Below the pieces are notes generated by a model. That model did not search any database, had not been told where the DNA came from, and saw nothing but the letters and a program-made list of their open reading frames with translations. Positions 26,964-40,255 of a DNA stretch of 64,000 nt are shown in pieces. Made by a program: the position numbers and the translations under genes. Within the stretch, counting starts at the first letter, position 1; each line of letters starts with the position of its first letter. The DNA comes from Gnetum montanum. Lineage: Eukaryota; Plantae; Gnetophyta. Location of the stretch: NCBI GenBank assembly GCA_015680685.1, contig MNCI01002974.1, positions 115,433 through 179,432 of the forward strand. The letters run 5' to 3'.

Positions 26964-29900
26964 ATGGCTGCACCCCCAGACCCTAGGAGCCATCAGCCCA
27001 TGGAGCAACTCCAGTGTTTTGAATTCTGTATTGACTCAAATCCATCGTGGTGTAAGTTCAAGGAATTAGTATGTCTGTATGATGACATTAGTACTGAGTA
27101 TTTCTTAATTCATTAGTTCTCAGATGATTTGCATTCTAAAACGGGGACAAATAAGAAATGCATTTGTACTTTTATTGGATCTCTGTATATCCCATGGCCA
27201 GGATCGTGTAATTTTTAAAACACTAATTTATGGGCAACTTTGTTGGAATGGACCGTTAAAGAGCATTTGGTTTATTTTTCTCATCGGGCATTCTGTTGTT
27301 GGTATCGATCCATTTGTAATCTGGTTGTTCTATTTTCTGTCAAATACTGAAACGGTCTTATGTTTTCTTATAAATATTTTGCTGCAGTTGAGGCTACTGT
27401 CTTGGCTTTTCAACATTATATTCTGATGTTAGGGACGACTGTTATAATCCCTACGTTTCTTGTTCCAGCCATGGGAGGAGATAATGTGAGTGATTGCCTG
27501 CTAGGCTACTTGTAGACTTTAACGGCACATTATTCATCAGTTAGCTAAACCATTCTGTTATTTTCTGATCTTGCGTAACAGCATGACAAGGCTAAGGTGA
27601 TACAAACATTATTGTTTGTCACTGGAATCAACACCCTTTTACAGACATTGTTTGGAACGAGATTACCAGCTGTTGTGGGTGCTTCCTTTGCATTTGTGAT
27701 CCCTATTACGTCTATCATAAATGATCCAACTTTCCATGAGATCGAAGATGACCATGAGGTATTTGCCTTGGTTCTAGACTTTGCCACATAGCTGTCTGTC
27801 TTGTGTTTTAAAACAATGTTAATGAATTACATGTCATTGTATTTTCAATGTTTACCAAATAGACCATGCTGTAATTTTGCAGAGATTTATTGGCACAATG
27901 AAAGCTATTCAAGGAGCATTGATAGCTTCTTCTAGTTTGCAAATTATCCTTGGTTACAGTCAACTGTGGGGCATCTTTTCTCGGTAATTATCCATTCGCT
28001 CTCCTTATTCACCTTCTTTGTAGATGCTATATACACACAAACATTTATTATAGGGGGCATCATTTAAAATAATGGTAAGGTACTAGTTTTTAAAGTGGGG
28101 AAGGTGTGGGTTTTAGCTTGGTGCACCTACTAGCCTTCTTGGGACCACTTGGGGGATGAGCGTTGTGCCTTCAGACGAAGACCCTTTTCTACATAATAAA
28201 CATTTATTCTATTATCAACATGAGCAGACATGAGTGTCAAATAGCCAATCCCAATGCTTATATATTAATTTATTGTAATTTTGTTGAATACAATGTCTTG
28301 GGGTAGATCTTATTTGACCTATTGAATTTGAATCACAGATTTTTCAGTCCACTGGGAATGACTCCGGTGGTTGCTCTGGTTGGATACGGGTTGTTTGGAC
28401 GCGGTTTTCCAGCGGTACGATTCCCTGTCTATACCATGTTTTTTTTCCCTCGTGAAAAAAATGCCTGTCAAAGCACTTCATTGTTTCTCTCTCTCTGTCT
28501 CTCTCTTTTTTGTCCTGTCCATAATTTGGATATCACAGTGAAAGGTTGGTTATGCTTCAGGTTGGCAAGTGTGTGGAAATTGGTTTACCTACTTTTCTTG
28601 TATTTGTAGCATTTTGTCAGGTATTTTCAATTGTTTTGTAATATGATTTTAGTATTTTACTTATTCATATTTAAATTCGTTTCCATGGACGACTGCATTC
28701 TGAAGAGTCTGATCTTGTTGTGCAGTATTTGAAGCATATACGCATCAAATCAAAACCTATTTTCGAGCGTTTTCCCGTGCTTATTTCTGTTGCACTTTTG
28801 TGGGCTTACTCTCATCTGCTTACTGCAAGTGGAGCTTATAAGCATGTTTCTTTACGGACAAAGGAACACTGTCGTACCGATAGAGCTCATCTCATATCAT
28901 CTGCTCCCTGGTATGCGAAACTGCATAAATATGAATACCATAGTTTTTTTTTTTCTTTTTTTCTTTATATTTACTACTACTTGGTTAGACAAAAATATAT
29001 CATTAAAAAAAACAAGTTTTGATAAAATTTATATTGAAAGGGCAACAGGCCATGCGCTTCTAATTTCCATAGCCAAATTGCCAATTCACTGAGTCACTGC
29101 AGAAATTTTCAAATAACAATTTAACACTTTTATATTTGCCAGGATCAAAGTTCCCTATCCATTTCAATGGGGTGCTCCAACATTTAGTGCAGGTCATGCA
29201 TTTGGAATGATGGCTGCTGTTTTTGTCTCACTTGTTGAGGTAAATTTTTGTATGCTATTTGGAATTTGATGTTTTCCACTCATGGTGATCAGAATGGAGT
29301 TCTTTAAGCTTACATTTAGGTAATTTCTGTGTTTTGTATAGTCAAATGGAGCATACATGGCTGCGTCTAGACTTGCTAGTGCAACTCCTCCACCTGCCTA
29401 TGTTCTTAGTCGGGGTATTGGCTGGCAGGTAGGTTCATTTGCTAACTGGTTTTTGCTATATGTTGGCCAAATAATTGCTCGGTATTTTAAAGAACATCTA
29501 AACAGCCAGATCATAACTAAGAGTAAATTTTCAAAATCATTATGTTGAAAACGAGATATTTTGTTTAGTAATGGAGTTCTTCTTTGAATTTGTATGAAAG
29601 TGAAAGGGGCATGTGCTAGTGTTGTGTGTAAATTTGCATTCTTGTGGCCAAGGCTTGAAATTTTCTGTGAAATTAATTTTGACATATACCAGGGAATTGG
29701 CATACTTCTAGATGGACTTTTTGGTACTGTCACTGGATCAACTGTTTCTGTGTGAGTAAAAATTTGTACCCTGTAAATGATTGAACTTCATTTAAGGATT
29801 TTCTTTAATTTTTCTTTTTATCTAATCTGTGCGCATATATTGTTTATTTGTTTCAGTGAAAATGTAGGTCTTCTTGGAGTTACTAGAGTAGGTAGTCGAC

Positions 29901-30687
29901 GTGTTATTCAAATATCAGCGGGATTTATGATATTCTTTTCCATATTAGGTACAGTGCTTTTCTTTGATATCTCCTTCTCAATAGTCTCTTGCGTTTCTTC
30001 CATGTTTAACATAATGCCGGGAATTCACCATGTTTTCAGGAAAGTTTGGAGCTCTTTTTGCATCAATACCGTTCCCTATATTTGCAGGATTCTACTGTGT
30101 TCTTTTTGGTATAGTTGGTGAGCACATCAACCCTTGATGTAATTGTAACCTAGACAATGTGAATTCTAATCATTACTTCGTTTCTGACCTTACCCTCAAT
30201 TTCTCAGGTGCTGTTGGACTGTCATTCAACCAATTCACAAATATGAACTCAATGCGGAATTTGTTTATTACCGGTGTTTCCTTATTTCTTGGGCTTTCAA
30301 TTCCTCAATATTTTAATGAATTCTATGATACTTCTAAGAGGGGTCCCGTCCATACACATGCAGGATGGGTAAGTTCCAAAGACAGACTATATTGCTTATC
30401 TTACTTTATCTCCTTGCTAACATTTCACCTTATTATATACTTACTTTTCGTTGGTAATTATGTTCTCTCTGCAGTTCAATGATATTCTCAACTCTATTTT
30501 CTCCTCACCTCCAACAGTTGCTCTAATCATCGCAGTGTTTTTAGATAACACTTTAGAGGTTGCAGAATCCAAGAAGGATAGGGGGATGCCATGGTGGGTT
30601 AAATTCAGGACATTCAGAGGAGATAGTAGAAATGAGGAGTTCTACACTCTTCCTTTTAACCTCAACAGATTTTTCCCACCGTCATGA
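26964..30687 (+). CDS. NAT2: Nucleobase-ascorbate transporter, NAT1/NAT2 clade, copy B, 14 exons, 523 aa
   Basis: Exons: 26964-27051, 27388-27485, 27582-27758, 27883-27983, 28339-28414, 28561-28620, 28726-28910, 29143-29239, 29342-29428, 29693-29751, 29857-29948, 30040-30117, 30208-30368, 30475-30687 (1572 nt). It has FQHY, ENVGLLGVTRVGSRRVIQIS and the C-terminus RNEEFYTLPFNLNRFFPPS, as I recall for Arabidopsis NAT2. Confidence 0.95.
28052..28188 (+). mobile_element. Degenerate family-2 SINE-like insertion in NAT-B intron 4
   Basis: GGGGGCATCATTT..ATGGTAAGGTACT..GGATGAGCGTTG resembles the copies at 34807 and 36340. It explains part of the longer intron compared with NAT-A. Confidence 0.45.
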
Positions 30688-31707
30688 GTTCAAAATGCAA
30701 GAACTTGTTGATGTTCGCATGAACAGAGGAAGAGGTGTTCCCTTAAAAAATGGCCCATTTATCCTGTGATCTATCTGGATTAAACAACCAGAATGAATAC
30801 GAAGTTGATGAGACTAATTGATTCTTGAATGGATAGAAATTCTTTTTCCCAAATTTTTTAATTTGTGATTTTCTACTCCAAGCCTTGAAATTGAAATGCA
30901 TGTCCTTAAGGGAAATGACTCTTCGTTCCCTTTCATTGGCCATTTGGCACACAACAAATATTGCTTGTGTATGAGGCAATCGTTTCTGTAATAACCTTTT
31001 TTTTCCTTTTTAATCAAAATATTATTATCATTTTCCAAAATGTCTTAAGATATATCAGAGTAGTTTCTGTTTCCAGGGGGTTTTGGATTTTGAGGTGAGC
31101 ATTAAAATTACTTTAACATTAACGTGAAGGTTAATTCCATATTAAACTTACAAATGTCATTTCTTTTCCCTTTAACGTTGACTACACTATTAGTGTTTCA
31201 AAGAGATTGGACTCTCAGTGCCTATTATACGTCAATGTGGAAAGAGAATGAAAAATATAAAATATAATTTGATTACCTAGGTTATTGAATCTTTTAGGAA
31301 CAAGATGTGTATCTTTGAAATTAAAAAAGTAAATTGTTTGTGAAAGATAAATGAAAGAAATACTGATAATGTCTCTTGTTTTATCTCTTAAAACCCTGAG
31401 ATAATTCTGTCCGTTGCACTTCAAATCTTACTTTCACTACAAAAAGTTCCAAGTGTCTAAGAGTTGTTATATGCAAATTTTATTGCTTGTAACTCTATGT
31501 TTGATAATCAAATAGAATGTTACTAAGAATTAAAACTTTATCTATTTGTGATTGTATCATGTCTACTTTAACTATTCTATTTGCAATTTCATGACATCAG
31601 CTTTAACTGTTTTCTCCATGACTTCCAAATCTTAATAGCTCGTTTGAAACAACTTCCTTAAATTTTATAGATATTTATTTAAAAACTGCTTGACCTCTAA
31701 TAGGCAA

Positions 31708-32093
31708 TGTGAAAGTATTGAGTGCTTGTAAGCATTCAAATTAATTTTGTAAAATCTCATGGCAAATAATTTGAATGCAATAAATGTGTGATTTGCATTG
31801 TCATAAATATTTGTAATAGATTTGATGAGCATATCCATCAATCATTGCATTCTAAGAAATAGCAGCAGGTATGTACTGTTATAAAAATCTTCCAAGAACT
31901 TGCATTGAAAGTATTGAGTGCTTGTAGCTACTGTATTGCATTCAAATTAATTTTGTAAAATTTCATGGTAAATAATTTTGATACAAAAATTTGTGATTTG
32001 CATTGTCATAAATATTTGTAATAGATTTGAAGAGCATATCCATCAATGCATTACATGAAATAGCAGTAGGTGTATACTGTTATACAAAATCTT
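31708..32093. repeat. ~195-bp imperfect tandem duplication
   Basis: TGAAAGTATTGAGTGCTTGTA..GCATTCAAATTAATTTTGTAAAAT..AAAATCTTCC occurs at ~31710 and ~31906. Confidence 0.8.
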
Positions 32094-32489
32094 CCTTGAA
32101 AAGGTCAATCCTGCCACACTTAAAATAAAATGTAAGCATCGGCAACAAACTGAAATGCTAAGTCAGCACAAACAGAAAGCACTGGTAAATTTATATTCCT
32201 AAAAACATCTTCATTATGCTCATTCTTAGCATTGGTAAATTTGTACTCCTAAAAGCACCTTCATTCTACGCAATCAATAGAATTCTAATTCCAAAACTAA
32301 AACTGAATTTTTACTCAAATTCACTGAGATCCTCTTGGATTGTTCAGATAGAGCAGTTTCAGAATTCCTTTTGTTATGAAAATGCATGTTTTAAAAACAT
32401 ATAAATGAAAACTTTGCCTACTTTCTCAAAAACAAGTAACCATGTTGGGGACATTAGCCAAACATTACATTCCGTGTGATTGTCACTTT

Positions 32490-32852
32490 GGGCCATTTTG
32501 TTGAATGTATTTAGGGCTTCTTGAAGTTTTCCACGTTCAATTAGCCAGTAATCTAGTGCATTTGGGTTGGCCATTTTATCTATATGCTTCCTTCCATCTT
32601 CTATTATTTCTGACTGAACAAATCCAGTAATCGTGGTGCTCTAAGACCTTGCATCCTCCATGGGCATAGTTTGGAAAAGATGGTAAACCTCCTCTATCGT
32701 ATTGATATAACCCATTGAACAATTCTGTTAGCAAGACCATTAGTCCTGCAACTGTAAAAGTAAATCACAACACCAACGATGGGATTCCATGAAACAATGC
32801 TTTTCTCTAGCATTTTGTCACACAATGGTAAGCCTCTGCATTTTGAGCAAAT
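32490..32852 (-). pseudogene. Partial decayed duplicate of the PPR-DYW gene (exon 2 end, intron 2, exon 3 start)
   Basis: Nucleotide similarity to 41680-42145 (e.g. TTCCATGAAACAAT, AATCCAGTAAT, TTTGGAAAAG.TGGTAA.CCTCCTC), including the intron sequence ACTGTA.AAGTAAATCA. It translates as GKLQEALNTFNKM versus GKLDDALEIFNKM in the intact gene. Confidence 0.8.
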
Positions 32853-34805
32853 AGCGTATTAGAAATTTTTTTAATATAACTGAAATTTTATAAAAGAAGA
32901 AAAAAAAAGCTGCTCAATTAATTCAGACAACATTCAATGTCAAGGAAGAATTAAAAGTTGTACCAGATGTTTTGAATTATACTATATTCATTACCAATTG
33001 CAATGGATTTCTCAAGAATTAGAGAAAGAATAAATTTTTTGGGATAGTGATCATGATTATTTTAAAAATTAAATAATATTATTTTTTAAATTTAAAAACA
33101 AGAAAAAGTTTAAAAGACCAACAAAACTACATTTTCATGGTATTCACTAGCAATGACTAGCAATGAGTCGTTTTTAATGTTACTTAAAGAAATGGAAAAA
33201 AAATACAAGAGTGAGCAAAGGGAAAACTGATAAATCTTAACTAAGGATTAATGTAAGTAGATCTCCATCCTATAAACTTGTGTGAGCATATTACTTTAGG
33301 ACCACTAGATTGTGCTAAAAATTTATTCCAAAATCATCACATGGTTCCTACTTCACATGGAACAAAAAGATAGATGACCGGATCACTGGTTCAATTCCAA
33401 AATGCTATATTGAGACACATGCTACACATTCAAGGATTATCACATTCAGAGACTATTGCATCAAGTAGATGATCGACATAGAAAAGTATCATCAATTGGC
33501 CTACGTTAATGAGTTACCCATGAAATAAAGGCACCATGATGACGATCCAAGGGTAACGCCAGAAGTTCCAGTCATACAAAATGAAATACATTAAACATAG
33601 CTGCGATATTCACTCTATGAGCCAGCCATCCCAGTAGTTCCAATCAGAGTAACCAGCCATGGACAATCACAATAGCAGGGCTAAAAAAACGTCTAAGATT
33701 TTCTTTTCTAGAGATAACTACGAAATTTTATAGATGATACAGACCTTCCACCATTCTGTGTCAAGCCTGCTACCTTGCATCTTTTAATATATCATGGATC
33801 GGCCTAGCTCTGTTTCCACCTTCTTTCTTAGGTATGCTTCATCTAAACCAAAAGCATTCAAGTAATTTGAATAACGTTTGTATGCTGCTTCAAGCTCCTC
33901 AGGCAAGGGCCTTACATTTTGCACAAAATTATATAAGCGTTAGTCATAGAGGACAATCGTCCAATCAAAATTTAGTTGGCCAAAAAATACAAGTATTTTG
34001 TCAACTCTCCACAAAACTCTTAGCTAAAATAAGCATTACCATAAAATAGTTAATCGTTATGAAGATAAAATTATTCTACAATGGCTTAGGAGGACTCTCT
34101 TGGATGGAGCTGATATATAAACTTATTTTACCATGACTTAGAAGGACTCTCTTGAATGGGGCTGGTAATTGGTCTCTTAGCCAGAATAATCAACCAGAAA
34201 CATGCATGTTTGCTCAGCTTATAACTACTCTAGTTAAATTGTAAAGATATGAAATGAATAATATGTTAATTTCAATTAGAAAAAGAGTAAAGAGATCACT
34301 ACAGGATACCATAATTCCAGAGACTTTGATGGCTCCAAGTCAGCTATTTAGCAGCTTTATACAAGAGTTTATTAAGAATTTACAGTAGCTTCTAAAACAA
34401 GAAGAAAATGGCCAGTGTCATTCTAAGTTGTCTAGTAACTACAGCATATACTTGTAAACTTACAAACCTTTAAACTGCTCCAAGGAATCAATAATCCTCC
34501 CACACTGACAAGAACTTGAATTTTTAATTTTGGCTATCAGCAATATTTTTTGATTGTGTAGATTGTTTATATTTGAGTGTGGGCTTGAGATTATAAAAAT
34601 CACTCAGGAGGGCCAGCTGTGGGCATCCATCAGGGCTGGTGCAAATCCTGCCATTAATACCAAAGACTGGGTACTGAAATTAAAAATCTTGTAAGTTTTC
34701 CATGCATCTGAATCCTGATTGCCACATCATTAACCAATATTTGAAAGGCAGAAATGATTAGGCAAAGAATTCCAGAATATTATGCTTAGAGTAAGCACTC
34801 ATGTA

Positions 34806-34968
34806 GGGACCACCACTTGGAGTAATGGTACGGTGCTTGTTTTTCAAGTTGTAAGACCTGAGCCTAAGTGGAGCCACTCAAAAAATGTTAGGCTTTTGCT
34901 CATCCACTGCCCTCTCAGGACACTATATTGGTGGCATGAGCATTGAGCCTCTGGGTGATGATCCTTTA
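34806..34968 (+). mobile_element. Family-2 (Au-like) SINE copy
   Basis: Reads GGGACCACCACTTGGAGTAATGGTA..TTAGGCTTTTGCTCATCCA..GAGCATTGAG..GGTGATGATCC. Homologues lie at ~19692, ~35185 (partial), ~36340 and ~44040 (-). Confidence 0.6.
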
Positions 34969-36339
34969 TAGTAAGCTCTCATGTATTGACCAATTACCAA
35001 AAACTATTTTACCAAATTAGAATAATATGTTATGATCCACTCTTGAGACTGCAGTTTTGGCCATTTCCTAAATGTGACATGCCAGTTTAAACCTGTAGAT
35101 GAAAGAAATGTGACAAAATTTGTAACATATGTGACTACTTTAAGTAGGAACATGCTTTTCTCCCTCGACTTATCTGCCAAACTTCGTAGACCCTGCTTGG
35201 TGGGATGAGCATTAAGGTGCTAGGTGATGATCCATTTACATCCAATGGTAAATACCATTCATGGCCAGCCAAAAATGTGAGGCAACAATATTTGGCAAAC
35301 CATAACAGTTATTCAATGAATGCAAAACTTCAAATATCTGAAAAACAACAAACATAACTTTGGTATGTGCAAAACCTACACAGAAGCCAACATATTAACA
35401 CCAAAAGCATCAATCTGCTAAACAAAAGGGGAACACCTTCTATATGCACACCTATGTTAAGTTAAATTTTATCTACGGTACGCTGCTTTTTTAATCTAAC
35501 AGCACTTGCTATGGCTATGCATTTTCATGTCATGCATCTCCTATGCATTTTGATATCTTACTTACTAATGAACATATCCAGTTAACAGAAAACATTAGTT
35601 TATAATTTATAGACACACCGAAAACTCAAAAGAGGTTTAACTGAACATTTGACATGACCAGAAGGGATAGTTAACACAACTCAAATCATCTTGGTACACC
35701 GAAATTCTTTTATATAACAAAAAACCAAGGTCCAGTGTTAAAAATATCAAAAGTAAACTTGTGTGCTCAGCCAAGAATCAGCAAGCCCAAATATGCTGCA
35801 AAGAAAAGCTTACCTTCATGTTATCCAAGTGCAACTTTTAATAAAAACTTACATAAATGAATTTGCCAACTACCTCAAACAGATTCTTGCACACAAATTG
35901 GGCAACACTAAGAATGATGATAGCAATGCACTTGAACAGGAATCACTCACAATGGATATCATTTAAATTCTCTTGATCACAAAAAGTTATGATTTTGTAA
36001 TGGAAAATATTCAGGTGGACTAGATGTTCCTATTTTCAGCATTTAGAATTTGACAATTATCTTTGAAAATGTGAATTCTAATTGTCCAAAACAAAGGTAG
36101 CAGTGGAATATTCCCCCTTTTCAGGTGCTTTCTGTTGTGTAACACTGCAGAAAAAATAGTGTTCATCGTCAATAATATATTGGGTACAAAGCCAACATGT
36201 ATGCTGTTACTCAACAAGCAAAAAGCCATCTTCCTGTTTTAATTACAAAGGAATAAGACAACATTCTCAATGTATGGATGTGAAATCATTTCAACTGTTA
36301 GAAATTCAGAGGAAAGTTTAGCTAAATATCTTTCTACTA

Positions 36340-36456
36340 GAGACCGTTATTTGGAGTGATGGTAAAGTCCAGAAAAGAGGTTAGGTTTCGCTTATCCATT
36401 GACCCTTCTAGAACCCTGCTTAGTAGGATGTGCATTGAGACTCTAGGTGATTATGC
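36340..36456 (+). mobile_element. Family-2 (Au-like) SINE copy, internally deleted
   Basis: Reads TTTGGAGTGATGGTAAAG..GACCCTTCTAGAACCCTGCTTAGTAGGA. The 3' part resembles the Au SINE GACCCTTCCCCGGACCCTGC block. Confidence 0.55.
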
Positions 36457-39357
36457 TTAATTATCCTTCTACTATTTCAGTCCCTTAGGGTTACATTTTA
36501 CGACCCATGAACTTTGACATGATATTTTAATTCATATGAATATTGTAGAATAAGCAAAGTTAGATCTGCATCCTATCGAACTGTTAAACATTTTGTCTTT
36601 TATATGGGGTTTCCTTGTGAAGAATTATCGATTTTCCTTTTTGTCCATTTGTGCTAAGCATTAATTCTGACTCCATATCTTTTTACTGTCCCTATTACAT
36701 CAGATAGATAGCCTGCTAGAGTAGATCATCATGGAATCGTTCCCTACCCTTTCAGAATAGCCCATGTTGTTTGGATAAAGAGACCTTGATAATGATGGTA
36801 TGTTAACTATCATGAACTTTCGCGTAAAGGCATAAAGGCACCTTGATGATATGTTAACTAGATTTTTTCCTAAAAATTGCATGATGCTTCATTTGGGTTA
36901 AAAAATCATATACTCGTGGCAAAGGGTTTAAAACCATAACAAGAAACACAACGGTAGGCAAACTAAACGAATTTAATAGATACTACTAAAAACAGTAACA
37001 CGAACTAACGGTTTTAAGGTATTCAAATGTCGTGAAGCTTGGAATTTGGGTAAAAATCAAACAAATGCTGTATCATGTCAAAAGAATAACAATTTTTAAA
37101 AATATGGCATCTACCTGTGATGTTTCCTATGCTCGAAGGAATCTGTTTAACAACATCCGCATTAGCATGTGGCTATGAAACAATTGGTACTAAATAATAA
37201 TTATTTTTTAAAAATTCTTCTTAACAAAGAAAACCACCAAGTGCTTCTCTTACCAATCCTTCAGCAAAATTCTGTCCGAAAATCGTTTCCAGGAGTTCTC
37301 AGCATTGACTGAATAAAACAGTTTACAGAATCAGATTTCCGTAACGAAACATAGACATGAGTTGATCAGACCGAAAAATATGATAATGAAATCTTTTTTA
37401 AAAAATGTTAATTTAGGAAACCTGCATGAAACGCAATCGTGATAAGCGAAAAAATGCAGGGCAGAAGATTCTACCGCCCAGTGTAAGTCGGTGTGCCCTC
37501 GTACTCACCACGGCTCTACTGCAATCGAGTCGGAATCTCTTAAAAATTTTAAAAATAAAAAGAAGAAAACAAAATCTGCTGAATACTTTTCTTTCTTTTA
37601 AGCAAACAAAAAACGAACGTTAGCGTATCCTCGCTGGCCCGCCAAACTTTAATTTTCGCATTTTTTTTAACCTGGATATAGTTCAATTGACCCTTAGGGT
37701 GTGATTGGTCTTGGAATTTGCTAGTGCTTGAATGTATTGATACGTTGACTCCTGAGATTCTTGCACTGGGCCAAATTACATCCGAAGAGGTACAATCTTT
37801 GGAAACCCAAAAATCAAACTAAAAATATGAATCTACAAATTTACTTTCACAAAGCCAAACAATTTTTAAAATTTAGAAAGTTGAATCTACAAATTCAAGC
37901 AATTAAACGTGCTTAAGGATTTGATTATGGTAATTCTCCACCTAATTTGAATGTGTAATTTTATTGTACCCTTCCTTCCCATGCCCTATACCTAATTAGA
38001 ATATTCTCTCCCTATAGCCACCATCTAAGAATAAACTTGGAACACCCATAGATGTAGAACAATGATCAAAATACTCATTTCTCATCAATTATATCTTAGC
38101 TCTAAGAGAAACTCTGAGATCAGATCTCCCAAATGGTTTTATGTGAGTCAAGGTTCCACATTCATCATTTTCCATGCTTTGCCCTTGTAACATTACAAAC
38201 ATAGGAAGCAAAAAGTCTCTCCTACGGCATAGATTTGCTGGTCTAAGGTTGGCAAAGAGTTACTCCAACGTCTTGTTAATTTCCTCAGTAACTTGAGTTT
38301 TTAATGCTCAGCGTCCAAGAGACAGATATTTTTATTTATTAGATTTTTGTAATTTAAAATACTCTATGGAAAATTCTGCATGATACCATGCATTTGAGAA
38401 CATAAATTCAACAATTAAACACACACAAGCCTCCTTTGATTCGTTTTATTCTTGTTCCATCCATCATATATGATCCCTCTTTAACGGTGTTCAAAGAAGA
38501 ATATCATGTATATTGTTACTTCTACTGGCAGTGTTCAATGGTTGCATGTTAATATAATCGAATATCACTTTGAATTGCCTAGACAATTTCTGACTCTTGA
38601 TCGATCCTTTTATGCAAGATGAAACGGAGAGCATACAATGATCCAAAAATGCTAATTGATTAGACGATGGGTATGTTGGAAACAACTAACTGAAGCGGTA
38701 GATTACAGCACTAAACTAGNCCCCGGCCAGGTCTACAGATTCCCGACAATATAAATGACAGATAAAAGAGTTTTCTGTAACCTACAAAACACTTCCGTTA
38801 ACAATAGGTTCGTTTCCCTCTGCAAAACTTTCTATTTAGAAATTTGTACCCTGTAAACTTGTAATAAGATGCTCTCTTCACATATTATAAATTTACAGTC
38901 AACTGCCTATTCATCATGTATCTTTGAATCAGAATTCTTAATGGCTCACAAGCAACCACCTACACCAACACAAAACTGCTTTTCTTGCTTTCTTTCTTTC
39001 TTTCTTTCTTGCTTTTTTTTTCTATCTAATATGAAAAGATTGGGTTTTTTTATATACTCTCTTGCACTAGTTTTCATGAATAAAAATAACAGATTAGTTG
39101 TGCCATCTCTGGTGAGAAGATCTTCAAAGTTCATCGTGGGATCTTACCAGCGCTTTTAGTGCATTGTGAATCAATTAGCAGGTTCGTTTGGCCCATTACA
39201 GCCCTCCAAACTCCATAGATACACCTGTCCTCTTAAAACATAAAGCCCAATTAGTGTTTTATGAACTGCAAACACAGTGCTAAAAACTAATAAAAGTGTA
39301 TTTGAGAAGAAGCAAACTGCAGCATGTTACATAATAGAAAAACTGCTGTTGCAATCT

Positions 39358-39405
39358 CATCATCATCCTAGCCTTATCTCAACAACACAGGGTTGGCTAC
39401 ATGAG
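39358..39405 (-). mobile_element. RTE-type LINE/SINE 3' tail remnant
   Basis: The reverse complement CATGTAGCCAACCC..GAGATAAGGCT..(GAT)n resembles the plant RTE 3' terminal stem and repeat tail. Confidence 0.45.
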
Positions 39406-40255
39406 TTTTTTTTCACCAAATTATCATCAATGCCCTGAATCATTGTGAACCAAGTTCTAGCAAATAGAATAGTGAATATACAAACAGCAGATTCATAGAA
39501 ACATTACCTCTAACAGTAATCACATGAAAAATCTGCATGACGGTAAGAAGGTATCTGCAAGTTACTTCAGTTGAAGATGCATTCAACATATATCCATTTT
39601 GATCAAAGGTTCACTATTCTGATTCTTGGAAATCTAAAGTCATTGGTTTTCCAGATCAGATTTAAGATAATTAAGCATTGCACATCTCACGTGAAATTAC
39701 CTTATCTTTGCCTTTTAGGAAATAACTAACTGACTGTGATTGAACCTTCTTGTATTCAACTTTGATTCATTTTATACATATTATCATCGCCTTGGTGCCT
39801 TTATCCCATCTGTGATGGGCTGACCATTAAGGTAGGCAAAGGATTTAATGGAGATTTACTATAGCCAGTTGTCTACCTAATGTCATAGTGCCTAACATAT
39901 ATTTTTAACCATACCTTGTGTCTCAGCATACTGCTTAGAATCAAATCTATGACTTGCAAACCACAAGCAGCATGCTCTAACCAAGTGAGCAATGCCTCAC
40001 TGACCATTTCCTGCATATGAGATGTCATTTCTAAATCAGTTTTCAGTTTTGTATCAAAAACTGGATTAAAAATTACCAATTTTGAACAAAGATAAATGTG
40101 AAAACTAGTTCCACATTAATTGTGGAGAAGTAGAGAGATTACCCTGAATGTATAGCCACATCCCGCAAGACTATTCATTAGGGTTTCGATATGCCATCCC
40201 CAATTGTAATAATTTTTACCATGATAAACACAAAATTGTATTCCAAACGACCTTT

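Noticed and set aside
39925-39998. tRNA-like sequence (also ~46034-46108)
   Set aside because: The boxes are degenerate and there is no convincing cloverleaf. It is better treated as a SINE-like remnant than a tRNA gene.
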